From positions 529,044 to 593,043 of the forward strand of contig JACPKY010000002.1 of assembly GCA_016186795.1 (NCBI GenBank): DNA of 64,000 nt, in the 5' to 3' direction. The notes under the pieces are model-generated. The model did not search any database and was not told where the DNA came from. It saw nothing but the letters and a program-made list of their open reading frames with translations. The stretch is from Candidatus Gottesmanbacteria bacterium. Lineage in GTDB: Bacteria; Patescibacteriota; Microgenomatia; 2-02-FULL-39-11. Both the position numbers and the translations under genes were made by a program. Below are positions 27,703 through 37,894 of the stretch, in pieces; position 1 is the first letter of the stretch, and every line of letters begins with the position of its first letter.

Positions 27703-28329
27703 ATGAAAGTAGTGAAAAAATCTAAGTCACAACAGGGTATTGCCCTTCTTCCAATTCTTATCGTCGCTGGCATTATTCTGGTAGGAATCCTCACCATCCC
27801 TAAGGTACTCCAAAAAACATCAAATACTGCAGAACCTGCCTCTGAACAAGTATCTGTCCCACCAGAAAGTGACACATGGGAAACATATCAAAGTAGCCAG
27901 TACGGGTATTCGGTAAAACATCCAAAAGGATGGATCGTGGATGACAGTCAATTTGCTACTAAACAAGAGATATCAATCTATGAGCCGAGCAAAAATGCAG
28001 GCGTCCAGATCAATGCATACCAGGATAATAGCGTCAATTCCGCTGCCTCAATGAAAGATTCTATGCAGGCTTTCAAAGAGAAAATGAGCTCTGAACCAAA
28101 TTTGAAAGTTGCAAAATTTACCGATAACGTTGAGGGAAACATCGGAGGATTTATCGCAACAGGTGAGCAAATAATCAATGGCGAAACCTATATATTTGAA
28201 AATCGAGGACTGCTTGCAACCAATGGTCGAATTCTTATCTTCCATGGCAACATCAAGGTTGATAAGAAACAAGAGTATACAGATACTATCTCAAAGATTA
28301 TGGAAAGCTTTTCCCTGGACAAAAACTAA
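27703..28329 (+). CDS. Exported PsbP-like-domain protein with prepilin-like N-terminus
   Basis: KKSKSQQG-IALLPILIV; WETY...YGYSVKHPKGW; final IMESF. Confidence 0.7.
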   Translation: MKVVKKSKSQQGIALLPILIVAGIILVGILTIPKVLQKTSNTAEPASEQVSVPPESDTWETYQSSQYGYSVKHPKGWIVDDSQFATKQEISIYEPSKNAGVQINAYQDNSVNSAASMKDSMQAFKEKMSSEPNLKVAKFTDNVEGNIGGFIATGEQIINGETYIFENRGLLATNGRILIFHGNIKVDKKQEYTDTISKIMESFSLDKN

Positions 28330-28332
28330 CCA

Positions 28333-28914
28333 TTAATCTACCACTTCCTCCCAGGTATCGTTGACGATATCATTTCGATAGATTTTCTGTTCGTCAGGAT
28401 TATATCGATACCATCCAAATGTAGTCCTATGGTCTGGAAAGAGTTCAAACACTTGGATAAGATAAAAGCGTTCATCTGCTGTTGGATCCTTGGCAATATC
28501 GACATGGAATGTCGAACGCCCACCTTCTTCTACAGCTTGTTGAAACTCTACAACCTCGGGAAGTTTTGAAACTCTCTCGATACCATTTTCGCTTTGATTT
28601 ATTCCAGAAGTCCCCGCAGTAAAGAGTGTAAAAATGGCAAATGTGGCAAAGAGGGAAACAGCAATACTGAATGCGTTAAGAAGAATTGCAAGATACGAAA
28701 GATACTTGTTTGTTATAAAAGGCTGTGCTGATAGCTTTTTCTTCCCAAGTTTTCCTTGATATCCAATAGGGATAATAACCTTTTTTTCGCGATCTTTTAA
28801 AGTTACAATAGCCAAGATAAGCCCGGGAATCGATAAAAATAAACTCAAAAACCCAGTTATAGCCATTAAAAAAGAAAGTATTCCAAGAATATACGCCCCA
28901 ATCAATTTCTTCAT
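28333..28914 (-). CDS. Hypothetical membrane protein
   Basis: About 3 TM plus a soluble tail; ATGA-coupled. Confidence 0.6.
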   Translation of the reverse strand: MKKLIGAYILGILSFLMAITGFLSLFLSIPGLILAIVTLKDREKKVIIPIGYQGKLGKKKLSAQPFITNKYLSYLAILLNAFSIAVSLFATFAIFTLFTAGTSGINQSENGIERVSKLPEVVEFQQAVEEGGRSTFHVDIAKDPTADERFYLIQVFELFPDHRTTFGWYRYNPDEQKIYRNDIVNDTWEEVVD

Positions 28915-29366
28915 TTTTTCCTCCTTTTCCTTTCCTTCAGTTGCAATTGCTGCCACAAAAGCAATACTACTACATCTCCCATCAGGAGAAGCATTACTGC
29001 AATAATTGGCCCAATGTCAAAACGAGTAAGGATAAATGTCCCAGGACGAAGTTTCGTCATGAGGAGAAAAAGAATAAAGGTATTTGCAATCATTGCACTT
29101 GCTCCAAGCTTGAGACTCTGCGGTGTATTTATGGCAAATAAGATTATCGAAATAATAAGAAGTAGAAAAAATAGTAAAGCAATAAAATTTCCTTCTCTAA
29201 TCAATACAAAAATCTGAATAAATGTCAAAACGAATACAGAGAGATCTATCCCGAATGCAGCAATTCGTAGTTTTTCTAAGTTTCTTTTGGAGAAAGAATA
29301 ATAGAAGGTCTTAAGAGCCCAAAAAGAAATAAGTCCCCAGAGGATCCAAAAAAGGGCAGTTTCCAT
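28911..29366 (-). CDS. Hypothetical membrane protein
   Basis: About 5 TM; basic C-terminus. Confidence 0.65.
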   Translation of the reverse strand: METALFWILWGLISFWALKTFYYSFSKRNLEKLRIAAFGIDLSVFVLTFIQIFVLIREGNFIALLFFLLLIISIILFAINTPQSLKLGASAMIANTFILFLLMTKLRPGTFILTRFDIGPIIAVMLLLMGDVVVLLLWQQLQLKERKRRKK

Positions 29367-29510
29367 TTAGGGGAAGAATTTTTTCCAAAGAAGAAAGATA
29401 AGTATTGCGATGATAATAATTCCTAACCAAAAGGGAAGAAAGGTTAGAATAAGGAGAAAAATCCCGAATACTATAACTGCCAGTACAATTTTCGAAAAAT
29501 CTATCGGCAT
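29367..29510 (-). CDS. Small hydrophobic membrane protein
   Basis: MPIDFSK...; stop abuts the next start codon. Confidence 0.45.
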   Translation of the reverse strand: MPIDFSKIVLAVIVFGIFLLILTFLPFWLGIIIIAILIFLLWKKFFP

Positions 29511-29563
29511 ATAATTCCATCTTAGAACAATTGCCAGATAAATATCAAGTATCAGGAAATCTC

Positions 29564-30739
29564 TTAGGTAAATGCCCCCCAAGCATTAACGATTACAGAC
29601 CAAAAGATAAGGAAGATGCTTATTTTGGATAATTTTTTCATTCCGAAAGAGGTAAGGATCATAAGAAGCGGGATAAAATCAAGCAGGTATCGATACCCAA
29701 ACTGAATCCAACCTTGATGAAACCATAAAAAATCTCCCATAGCAATGGAAAGGACCGCCAGCCAAGAAACTTTCATCAAGAAATCTCTTTTGGCCAAAAG
29801 GGCATAAAAAAATAAAGGACTGGTTATAATGACGCTTAAACCATACGGGGAGCGGGCAACATAGGGAAAATGAGAAGAAAAATCAGGCAGCATGAACAAT
29901 AGAGTGTAAAGATGAAGTGGGATATTGCGGATATCAACAATACCTGAAATAAAACCTGGATTACCAAGTCTGGCAAAAGTGTAGGGAACCGTGGAATTGA
30001 TGTAGCTTAGATAAACAGAATATCGACCGTCATCAAAAAAGTTGCCAAATCTGGAAAAATTGTAGTAGGCATTGAAAAGGAAAAAAGGAAAGGCACCCAA
30101 AACTAAAAGCAGAACTTTTTGAAAAAAATCGTGATAAGAAACACCTCTTTTGAGAAAAAGAAGAAAAAAGGGGAGAGATAAAAAGGTGGTTTGACGGCTA
30201 AATACGGCTAGACTAAAAAATAGTCCTATCAAAAATGGCCTTTTTTTGCCGAAGTTCTCCACCAAAGCAAGAAGAAGGAAAAAGACGGCAACAACATGAG
30301 AAAAAAACCACGTCGTACCAGTAACCGCGGCAGAAAAATGGACTGTCCCAAAGGCAAAAAAAAGTGTCAGGAGAAGTTTTTTTACAAGTGAGCTGACATT
30401 TAGCCGTCCCAGGAGGATAAAAATAAGAACTGCATTGAAAGCACCCAAAATCATGGATACAAATGTTTGGCTGAAATTTGTTTTCCAAAAATAAACAAAC
30501 GGAAGAAGAATAAGTGCGGGAGTTGGTCCAAACTGGAAGTAAACCTTGTTATTAATAAATACGGAATCACCATATTGCCAAGGAAGATCGACGATGTCAA
30601 AGCGACCACGCAGGAAAGAATCTGCCATGAAAACAAAGTGTTGGAATAAATTTGAGGGATGGGGATTTGCCAAAAAGTATACTGCAAGAACAAATAAAAA
30701 AATAATCACTGGCAAAAGTGAGACAAATTTCTTTAACAT
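29564..30739 (-). CDS. Polytopic membrane protein, GT-C-like
   Basis: ADSFLRG, YNFSRFG, QFGYRYLLDF; many TM. Confidence 0.6.
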   Translation of the reverse strand: MLKKFVSLLPVIIFLFVLAVYFLANPHPSNLFQHFVFMADSFLRGRFDIVDLPWQYGDSVFINNKVYFQFGPTPALILLPFVYFWKTNFSQTFVSMILGAFNAVLIFILLGRLNVSSLVKKLLLTLFFAFGTVHFSAAVTGTTWFFSHVVAVFFLLLALVENFGKKRPFLIGLFFSLAVFSRQTTFLSLPFFLLFLKRGVSYHDFFQKVLLLVLGAFPFFLFNAYYNFSRFGNFFDDGRYSVYLSYINSTVPYTFARLGNPGFISGIVDIRNIPLHLYTLLFMLPDFSSHFPYVARSPYGLSVIITSPLFFYALLAKRDFLMKVSWLAVLSIAMGDFLWFHQGWIQFGYRYLLDFIPLLMILTSFGMKKLSKISIFLIFWSVIVNAWGAFT

Positions 30740-30799
30740 ATACTGTCTTAATTAGATTAACATGTTGTGGGAGAATTTAGGAGGATTTATCTTAGTATT

Positions 30800-33490
30800 T
30801 TAACTTGGCAGTTCCGGATAATGACAACGTTTCCACTTAACCGGCTTTCCATTTGCATCCGTTTTTCCACACCAGCATGGATCGTTTCGGCCAAGCTTTT
30901 TTGAGGAGCCTAACGGTTTTTCTTCTTTTTGCCGTTGTTCTTTTACAGATTCTGACATAGCTGTTTGTTCCTTCTGGAGCGCTGCAAGTTGGTCTGGTGC
31001 AAGTTGCACCTGTACTTTAAAGATCCTATGGACGATTTCGTAATCAATTCCCGAAATCAATCGTTCAAACATTGAAAATGCCTCGTTTTTATACTCAACA
31101 AGAGGATTAAGATGTCCATATCCTCGAAGGCCGATTCCCTCCCGAAGATCATCGATGCTATCTAAATGATCCATCCAGAAGTTATCAACAACCGAGAGGG
31201 CCACCCATTTCTCAACCTGTCTCATAACTTCTGTACCTAGCTGTTTTTCACGCTGTGCATACATATCTTGGGTTAGTTTTGTAAAAAAGTCAGATATCTC
31301 AGAAGATGACTTCAGCTGCTGAAGTTGAACAATTAACTGTTTTTGAGAATTTTGATCAAATGGAATTATGGAAACAAACTCTGTAACAAGTTTTTCTCTT
31401 TCTTCATCAGAAGGTGCATCTGCTGCTACTATTCCGGTTATCATCTGTATTTGTTTTTCCAGTTTTTCCAAAAATATCCCTTTTAAATCTTCGCCCAAAA
31501 CTATCTTTTTCCTTAGACCATAGATAATTTCTCGCTGCTTATTTAAAACATCATCATATTCAACCAAATGCTTTCGAGTATCAAAGTGGAATCCTTCTAC
31601 TTTCACCTGTGCTTGTTCAATCGATCTTGTAACCATCGCATGTTCCAACGGTACATCTTCTGGAAGTTTAAAAAATGTCATAAGCTTTGCAACCTGCTCA
31701 CCACCAAAAAGTCTCATAATATCATCATTGAGTGCCACGTAAAATCGTGCTGCTCCAGGATCACCTTGCCTTCCGCTTCTTCCTCGAAGTTGGTTATCAA
31801 TTCGACGGGACTCATGCCTCTCTGTACCAATAACATAAAGGCCACCCAAGGAAACAACTTCGTCGTGATTTTTCTTCCATATCTCATAGGCTTTTTTATA
31901 CTCGGATGCATCCTTAGCCTTTTCCTTCACCGGTGGTGCTCCACCAAGGATGATATCAACACCGCGACCAGCCATATTGGTGGCAACCGTCACCGCTCCT
32001 TTCCCTCCTGCATTTGCTATAATTTGTGCTTCCTTTTCGTGATTTTTTGCGTTTAATAGTTCATGCCGTACGCCCTTCTTGGTTAATAGGTCGGAAAGGA
32101 ATTCATTTTTCTCAATAGAGGTTGTACCTACCAAAATCGGTTGTCCCTTTTCATGTGCCAATGCTATGTCTTCAGTAACTGCGTTAAATTTTGCTTGGAA
32201 CGTCTTATAGACCATATCAGGATAATCCTTCCTGATCATAGGCTTATTGGTAGGAATCACAATAACGTCAAGCTTGTATATCTTATGGAATTCCTCAGCT
32301 TCTGTTGCTGCTGTTCCTGTCATTCCTGCTAACTTCTCATACATGCGGAAGTAGTTTTGCAGTGACACTGTGGCAAGTGTCCTTGATTCTTGCTGAATAG
32401 GTACCCCTTCTTTTGCTTCGATAGCTTGATGCAAACCCTCAGAAAATCTTCTCCCTGTTAGCATGCGACCAGTAAACTCATCAACAATGACAACCTGTCC
32501 ATCTCGTACCACATATTCTTTGTCTTTTCTAAAAAGTGTCATAGCTTTCAACGCTGCTTCGATATGATGAACAGTTGAAAAGTCTTTCTCATAGAGATTC
32601 TCAACATTGAGCGATTTCTCTACTTTCATAATACCGTCTTCCGTCAGATGAGCGGTATGAAGCTTCTCATCGACAACAAATTCTTTCTCCGAAGTCAAAG
32701 TCGATACAATTTTTGCATAATCGTAATATTTATCTGTAGGGGAAGTATCGGGAGCAGAAATGATATGTGGAGTTCTCGCCTCGTCAATAAGAACCGAGTC
32801 TACTTCATCGACAATTGCGTAGTGAAATCCTCTCTGGACCAGCTGGGAAACATCAGATACCATGTTATCTCGAAGGTAGTCGAAACCAAATTCACTATTG
32901 ATACCATAGGTAATATCTGCTTTATAAGCTTCTTTTCGGGAAACTTGACGAAGATGAACTAACCGCCAATCCGAGGTATTCTCATCAGTATGTTCTGCAT
33001 CAAAGAGAAATGATTGATCGTGAATAATAGCAGATGTAGTAAGTCCCAAAAGATGAAAAATAGGCCCCATCCATCCAGCATCACGTCTTGCTAGATAATC
33101 ATTTACTGTTACCAAATGAACACCTTTTCCGGTCAAAGCATTTAAGTACAATGCAGGTATAGCTGAAAGAGTTTTCCCCTCACCTGTTTTTTGCTCTGCA
33201 ACCGCGCCCCGATGAAGAGCGATTGCAGCAACAAGCTGTACGTCGTAATGTCTTTCGCCAATTGTCCGTTTTGCTGCCTCTCGCACCAGTGCATACGCTT
33301 CTGGCAAAATATCATTAAGGGTTTCTCCCTGTTGGAGACGCTCCTTAAATTGAAGAGTTTTCTTTGGGAAATCATTTATGGGAATCTTGGAAACGTCACC
33401 CTCGAGTGAGTTAATTTTCGAAACAACAGGCGCAATTTGGGAAAGTTCCCGCTTATTTACGTCAAATAGCTTTCCGAATATGTTTAGCAT
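30800..33490 (-). CDS. secA: Preprotein translocase ATPase SecA
   Basis: KTGEGKT, DEVDS.LIDEARTP, TNMAGRG, QLRGRSGRQGDPG, C-terminal SEC-C motif. Confidence 0.99.
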   Translation of the reverse strand: MLNIFGKLFDVNKRELSQIAPVVSKINSLEGDVSKIPINDFPKKTLQFKERLQQGETLNDILPEAYALVREAAKRTIGERHYDVQLVAAIALHRGAVAEQKTGEGKTLSAIPALYLNALTGKGVHLVTVNDYLARRDAGWMGPIFHLLGLTTSAIIHDQSFLFDAEHTDENTSDWRLVHLRQVSRKEAYKADITYGINSEFGFDYLRDNMVSDVSQLVQRGFHYAIVDEVDSVLIDEARTPHIISAPDTSPTDKYYDYAKIVSTLTSEKEFVVDEKLHTAHLTEDGIMKVEKSLNVENLYEKDFSTVHHIEAALKAMTLFRKDKEYVVRDGQVVIVDEFTGRMLTGRRFSEGLHQAIEAKEGVPIQQESRTLATVSLQNYFRMYEKLAGMTGTAATEAEEFHKIYKLDVIVIPTNKPMIRKDYPDMVYKTFQAKFNAVTEDIALAHEKGQPILVGTTSIEKNEFLSDLLTKKGVRHELLNAKNHEKEAQIIANAGGKGAVTVATNMAGRGVDIILGGAPPVKEKAKDASEYKKAYEIWKKNHDEVVSLGGLYVIGTERHESRRIDNQLRGRSGRQGDPGAARFYVALNDDIMRLFGGEQVAKLMTFFKLPEDVPLEHAMVTRSIEQAQVKVEGFHFDTRKHLVEYDDVLNKQREIIYGLRKKIVLGEDLKGIFLEKLEKQIQMITGIVAADAPSDEEREKLVTEFVSIIPFDQNSQKQLIVQLQQLKSSSEISDFFTKLTQDMYAQREKQLGTEVMRQVEKWVALSVVDNFWMDHLDSIDDLREGIGLRGYGHLNPLVEYKNEAFSMFERLISGIDYEIVHRIFKVQVQLAPDQLAALQKEQTAMSESVKEQRQKEEKPLGSSKKLGRNDPCWCGKTDANGKPVKWKRCHYPELPS

Positions 33491-33524
33491 GAACCTCTCA
33501 TTTTACCACGATTTAGGAGATGAT

Positions 33525-34151
33525 TCACCCTGACAGGAGGATAAGTCGACTCATAGGGAATTCTTGAAGTATATGGATGGTTCCGAAGATCTCCTTACAC
33601 CTCGATAGAAACGCTTCAAACTCCTTGGGATCTTCAGAAAAGAATTGACTATTATAGAGAACTTTCCCTCTCGATTTCAAACGTTTTTTTATGTGTCGCA
33701 AAAATGTCAATGTTCTGGCTTTTTGAGGATTCCGGCGTCCGATATAAAGATCGACAATAACAAGATTAAATTTCTGTCTTTGTTTTTTTATCCACTCAAT
33801 TGCGTCCGCACAGATAAGATTTCCCTGAATATTAAATTCCGTTCGGGCAATTTCAATCATTTTCGGATCGATATCAACCGCGATGATTTCAATATTTGGA
33901 AACGCCCTCTCCAGAAAATAAACAACAGTCCCTCCTCCAATACCAAGGATCAAACATTTTTGAATTTTGAATTTTGAATTTTGAATTATTGTAATTGCCT
34001 TCTTCCACATATCGTAGGTAAACCCACCGCTATGCGTTACACCACCTGCGCGTAACGTATTTTTTCCTGCAAATTGGAATAAATCAATTGGCCCATGGAC
34101 AAAGGAGTGAAACGTCGATTTTTTGGGTAGAAGACCACCCCGGAGTTTCAT
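33525..34151 (-). CDS. Class I SAM-dependent methyltransferase (spermidine-synthase-like)
   Basis: ILGIGGG, VDID, ADA, IVDLY. Confidence 0.8.
   Translation of the reverse strand: MKLRGGLLPKKSTFHSFVHGPIDLFQFAGKNTLRAGGVTHSGGFTYDMWKKAITIIQNSKFKIQKCLILGIGGGTVVYFLERAFPNIEIIAVDIDPKMIEIARTEFNIQGNLICADAIEWIKKQRQKFNLVIVDLYIGRRNPQKARTLTFLRHIKKRLKSRGKVLYNSQFFSEDPKEFEAFLSRCKEIFGTIHILQEFPMSRLILLSG
33958..33985. repeat. Heptamer tandem repeat (TTTTGAA)x4 within a CDS
   Basis: Read directly; encodes IQNSKFKIQK. Confidence 0.85.
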
Positions 34152-34157
34152 AGAAGA

Positions 34158-36278
34158 TTATAATCCCAATTCACCTGATATACCTTGCATTGATGCAAGG
34201 CAGATTTCGATAAATTTATCTAGGGGTATCCCCAACGTATCTTGGCATTTTTCTATCCTTTTCCTATCAACTCCGGAAGCAAATGAGGTATTTCCCCATT
34301 TTTTCTTAACCGATTCCAAAGTTACCTGTGCCAATTTTTTATCCGGACGAACAAGAGCTGTTGCCGTTATAAGACCTGATAATTCATCGCATGTAAAGAT
34401 TGCCCAGTCGGCCCGTGTTTGTGGTTCTCTCCCTTTTCCAGTCATTTCAAAATTATGAGAAAGAATGATGGTAATGAGCTCTTTACTCACATGGCGTTTT
34501 TCCAATTCCTTGGAAAGAACAATGGTATGCGTTTTCGGATCGTTTTGCGTTTTTTCCCAGTCAGCATCATGCAGAAGTCCAACAAGTCCCCACAACTCCT
34601 CATCTTCGCCAAAGTGTTTTGCTAAAGCTCTCATTTCCGCTTCCACTGCTAACATATGTTTGACAAGATTTGGATTTTTGATCCAGTCTTTGACAAGAGT
34701 GAGAGCTTCTTCTCTTGTTATATTTAAATTTTCCGATTTGGAGGTTTTGGAAGAAAGAGTAGATTTCAGAGATTTTTTTTCTGTGCGAGGCAGGTCTTCC
34801 TTTTCTTTTTTCGAAATATGAAGTGGCCGAAGTGTAGGGAACGCAATAACGTCTTTAATGTTTTTCGCATCGGTTAGTAGCATAACAAGTCTATCAACCC
34901 CAATCCCCAATCCGCATGTTGGTGGAAACCCATGCTCAATTGCCTCAAGATAATCAGAATCAGTCTGGTGTGCTTCCTCAAAACCTGATGCTTCTCGTTT
35001 TTTTTCTTCAATAAAACGCTGTCTCAAATCAACAGGATCATTGAGTTCCGTATAATTATTGCCTAGTTCCGAACCAAAAGCGAAGAATTCAAAACGCTGT
35101 GTAAACCGTGGATCAGGACATTTTTTCGCAAGAGGCGAAACTTCAATCGGAAAATCATAAATAATAGTAGGCTGCACTAACTTTTTTTCAATCGTCTGTT
35201 CAAAAGCAAACGCCATGACCTCACCTATTGTGTGACTCTTGTCTAAGTCTTTCAGTTTCTCGGAAGGAATTTCCATCGAGTGAACCGCTTTTTTTGCTTC
35301 TTCAAGTGTATTCCATTCCAAGGGATTTACGGACGTATATTTTTGAATAGACTCAACAAGTGTATGACGCTGCCAAGGACGTTTGACATCCATCTCTATT
35401 CCTTGATAGGTAAATTTTGTCGTTTGTAAGACTTTTTGGGCAACATATTCGATGAGCTCTTCAGTAATATCCATCCCGTAAAAATAGTCCTCATATGCAA
35501 TCTGAGCTTCAAACATCGTAAACTCAGGATTATGCTCGTGGTCAACGCCTTCGTTTCTGAATACTTTGGTTATCTCGAATACTTTCTCAAATCCGCCCAC
35601 AATGAGGCGTTTGAGATACATCTCATCTGAGATTCGCAAATAAAAATCTGTATCAAGCGCATTGTGATGGGTGACAAAAGGGTGGGCAAATCCTCCGCCG
35701 TAAACAGCTTGAAGAGTGGGAGTCTCAACTTCGATAAACCCTTTTTTTGTCAGAAATTCTCGCATTGATTCAACAACTGCTCCACGTACTTTCAATGTTT
35801 CTCGTACAACAGGATTTAGGAGCATATCCAAATACCTCTTCCTGTATCGCTCCTCAATATCTTTCAGCCCATGCCATTTATCAGGAAGAGGTCTGGTGGT
35901 CTTCGTCAGAGGAGAAAATTCGTTAACCGTAATAGTAATCTCTCCGGCCTGCGTTTTCCCAACGATTCCACTTGCAGAAAGGAAATCACCAATATCAAGA
36001 AGCTCTACAATAGTAAATTTATCCTGAGGAATGATATCGGATTTAAAAAGAAGTTGGATTTTTCCGCTTTCATCAACGAGATCTCCAAAAAGTATTTTCC
36101 CGTGCCCCCGAAGTGCTATGAGTCGTCCGGCAACGGAAACACTCTCCCCATCCATTTCTCTAGCATCGGAAATTGACTGGACTCTCTGCACTTTTGAGGG
36201 ATATGGATTTACACCAAGTTTTTTTAGTCGTTCTAATTTTTTCAGCCGTTCTGCTTTTAGGTCATCAATTGTTGCCAT
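34158..36278 (-). CDS. lysS: Lysine--tRNA ligase (class II) fused to a C-terminal HD-domain hydrolase
   Basis: OB fold, FRNEG...HNPEFT, ELNDP, GLGIGVDRL; Lys/Ser-rich linker; then H...LLHDAD...H...SH...DE HD domain. Confidence 0.97.
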   Translation of the reverse strand: MATIDDLKAERLKKLERLKKLGVNPYPSKVQRVQSISDAREMDGESVSVAGRLIALRGHGKILFGDLVDESGKIQLLFKSDIIPQDKFTIVELLDIGDFLSASGIVGKTQAGEITITVNEFSPLTKTTRPLPDKWHGLKDIEERYRKRYLDMLLNPVVRETLKVRGAVVESMREFLTKKGFIEVETPTLQAVYGGGFAHPFVTHHNALDTDFYLRISDEMYLKRLIVGGFEKVFEITKVFRNEGVDHEHNPEFTMFEAQIAYEDYFYGMDITEELIEYVAQKVLQTTKFTYQGIEMDVKRPWQRHTLVESIQKYTSVNPLEWNTLEEAKKAVHSMEIPSEKLKDLDKSHTIGEVMAFAFEQTIEKKLVQPTIIYDFPIEVSPLAKKCPDPRFTQRFEFFAFGSELGNNYTELNDPVDLRQRFIEEKKREASGFEEAHQTDSDYLEAIEHGFPPTCGLGIGVDRLVMLLTDAKNIKDVIAFPTLRPLHISKKEKEDLPRTEKKSLKSTLSSKTSKSENLNITREEALTLVKDWIKNPNLVKHMLAVEAEMRALAKHFGEDEELWGLVGLLHDADWEKTQNDPKTHTIVLSKELEKRHVSKELITIILSHNFEMTGKGREPQTRADWAIFTCDELSGLITATALVRPDKKLAQVTLESVKKKWGNTSFASGVDRKRIEKCQDTLGIPLDKFIEICLASMQGISGELGL

Positions 36279-36326
36279 AAATTATTTGCTAATTATCATA
36301 TATTAATTAACTTTATTCAATAATCT

Positions 36327-37639
36327 TCAGTTCAAATCTAGTTTATTGAATACAAGGTAATCTACTACTCCTTCCAGATCAGGTATGGGATTATCAAGCC
36401 ATGTATGAGGTGCTCCTATAATCTCCTGTGCGAAACGCCTCACAACATCCGGATGCTCTATCCCCATTCTAGCAAATGCTATTGCCCACCTGTGTTCAAG
36501 ATTCCCATGCTGTAGTGCGTATTCACGGCCAAGCCGTGCTAAGTCTTTCACCAGTTCTGGATACGCATAGTGATCTTTGGTAAATCCCCAAAGATTATCT
36601 AAAAGGGAAGTAAAATGTCCTTTCCCCATTATTCCTGTAAGTCCCCCGGTAGGTAAACGATTATTTCCATTTCCATAACTTCCGTTATCCGTTGAATGGA
36701 CCCCAGATGCATCTTGTCTCATTGCTAATTGAATACGTTGCGGAAGCGATTCAGGGTCCCCATAACGAAATGAACTTCCACTTAAAAGTAGGTATGCCCT
36801 GTCAGGGACATTGATGCCAAACCGACGTGCTTCATCTAATTTCGGTCGAGTTCCGTTCCTTTCACCTGTATATCTGGGATGAACAAGTTCTGTATTTATT
36901 GCAAAACCATATGTATCAGAAAGTTCATGGATTTGCTCAACAATTGGTATCGCTAAATGATTATCATCATGCACATGAAGAAAGCACATAACTTGAGCTC
37001 TTAAAATTTCATCAAGAACATAGTAAATATTGACTCATATTGTTCTGGAGTTCCACCATTTGTTGCAGGCAGTCCTAACCCTGTAATTATGGGGCGGTCA
37101 AAACGGCTATTAATATCTGCGATTCGGCCAATAAAGCGACGTATTTCTTTGGGATCTGTTTCCGTTGCTTGTTCTAGACTTGCTCGTATATCAACTTCCT
37201 GATCGTGCGGGGCTATTGCAACTATTTGTTCTAAAATATCCCCCAATTCATCAGCAGATCGTCGACGACGACCACCGTTTTCTGATGCATTTCCATACAA
37301 ATGAAGTCTTGGCCCAATTCGAAATCCTAACGCTGCATCATCAACCGTCATCATCGTATGCTGAGCAATTTGATGGTCCACATGATTTTCTCTGCCGATT
37401 TCTAATAAACCATGGTTTAAATGCGCAGCAGTTGGTCCTGACCTGGAGTTTTGCAGTTCCATAAGCATCGTTGGGTCTTGTGGAAGATCATACTTGATGA
37501 AAGGAACTGCCCAATCAACTACCATATGACACGTTGGAGGTAAATCAAAATCACGAATGGTATACCCCTCAGGATAATACTGAGGCGTTTGCAGCCCCTC
37601 TCGAATTCCTATTGTTGATCCATTTTCTGATGCATTCAT
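36327..37639 (-). pseudogene. Orphan gene apparently split by a one-base frameshift (ORFs 37001-37639 and 36327-36989)
   Basis: The second frame is open back to 37034 and overlaps the end of the first ORF; one extra T at ~37026 would join them into ~437 aa. Confidence 0.5.
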
Positions 37640-37772
37640 ATTATTTCCACAATCCCAGTAGTACACTTACTTACTCGCAAGGTCTACGTCCTTGCCTCGC
37701 AAGAGCGTGACTACGGGATTGATCGGCTCGTAAACTCATCAAAACTTCGTTTTTCTTCGTTAACGAACCATC

Positions 37773-37799
37773 AAAAAAACCCCTCGTATGGAGGGGTTT
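37773..37799 (-). terminator. Rho-independent terminator of the putative lysS attenuator
   Basis: AAACCCCTC-CATAC-GAGGGG-TTTTTTT on the minus strand. Confidence 0.85.
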
Positions 37800-37819
37800 G
37801 TGTTCTATATTTTTATAAA

Positions 37820-37894
37820 TTATCTACGACAAACACCTCCACCAAAGGAGTTCTTCTTGCTTTCCTTTTCTATAAAAGGTGTGGTGCTATGCAT
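37820..37894 (-). CDS. Putative attenuator leader peptide MHSTTPFIEKESKKNSFGGGVCRR
   Basis: Three AAG (Lys) codons within five codons; the 3' part can pair with the terminator 5' arm. Confidence 0.7.
   Translation of the reverse strand: MHSTTPFIEKESKKNSFGGGVCRR

Noticed and set aside
27475-27875. 400-bp head-to-head overlap of purL and the PsbP-like gene
   Set aside because: Artefact of longest-ORF calling; starts at about 27596 (-) and 27703 (+) remove the overlap.
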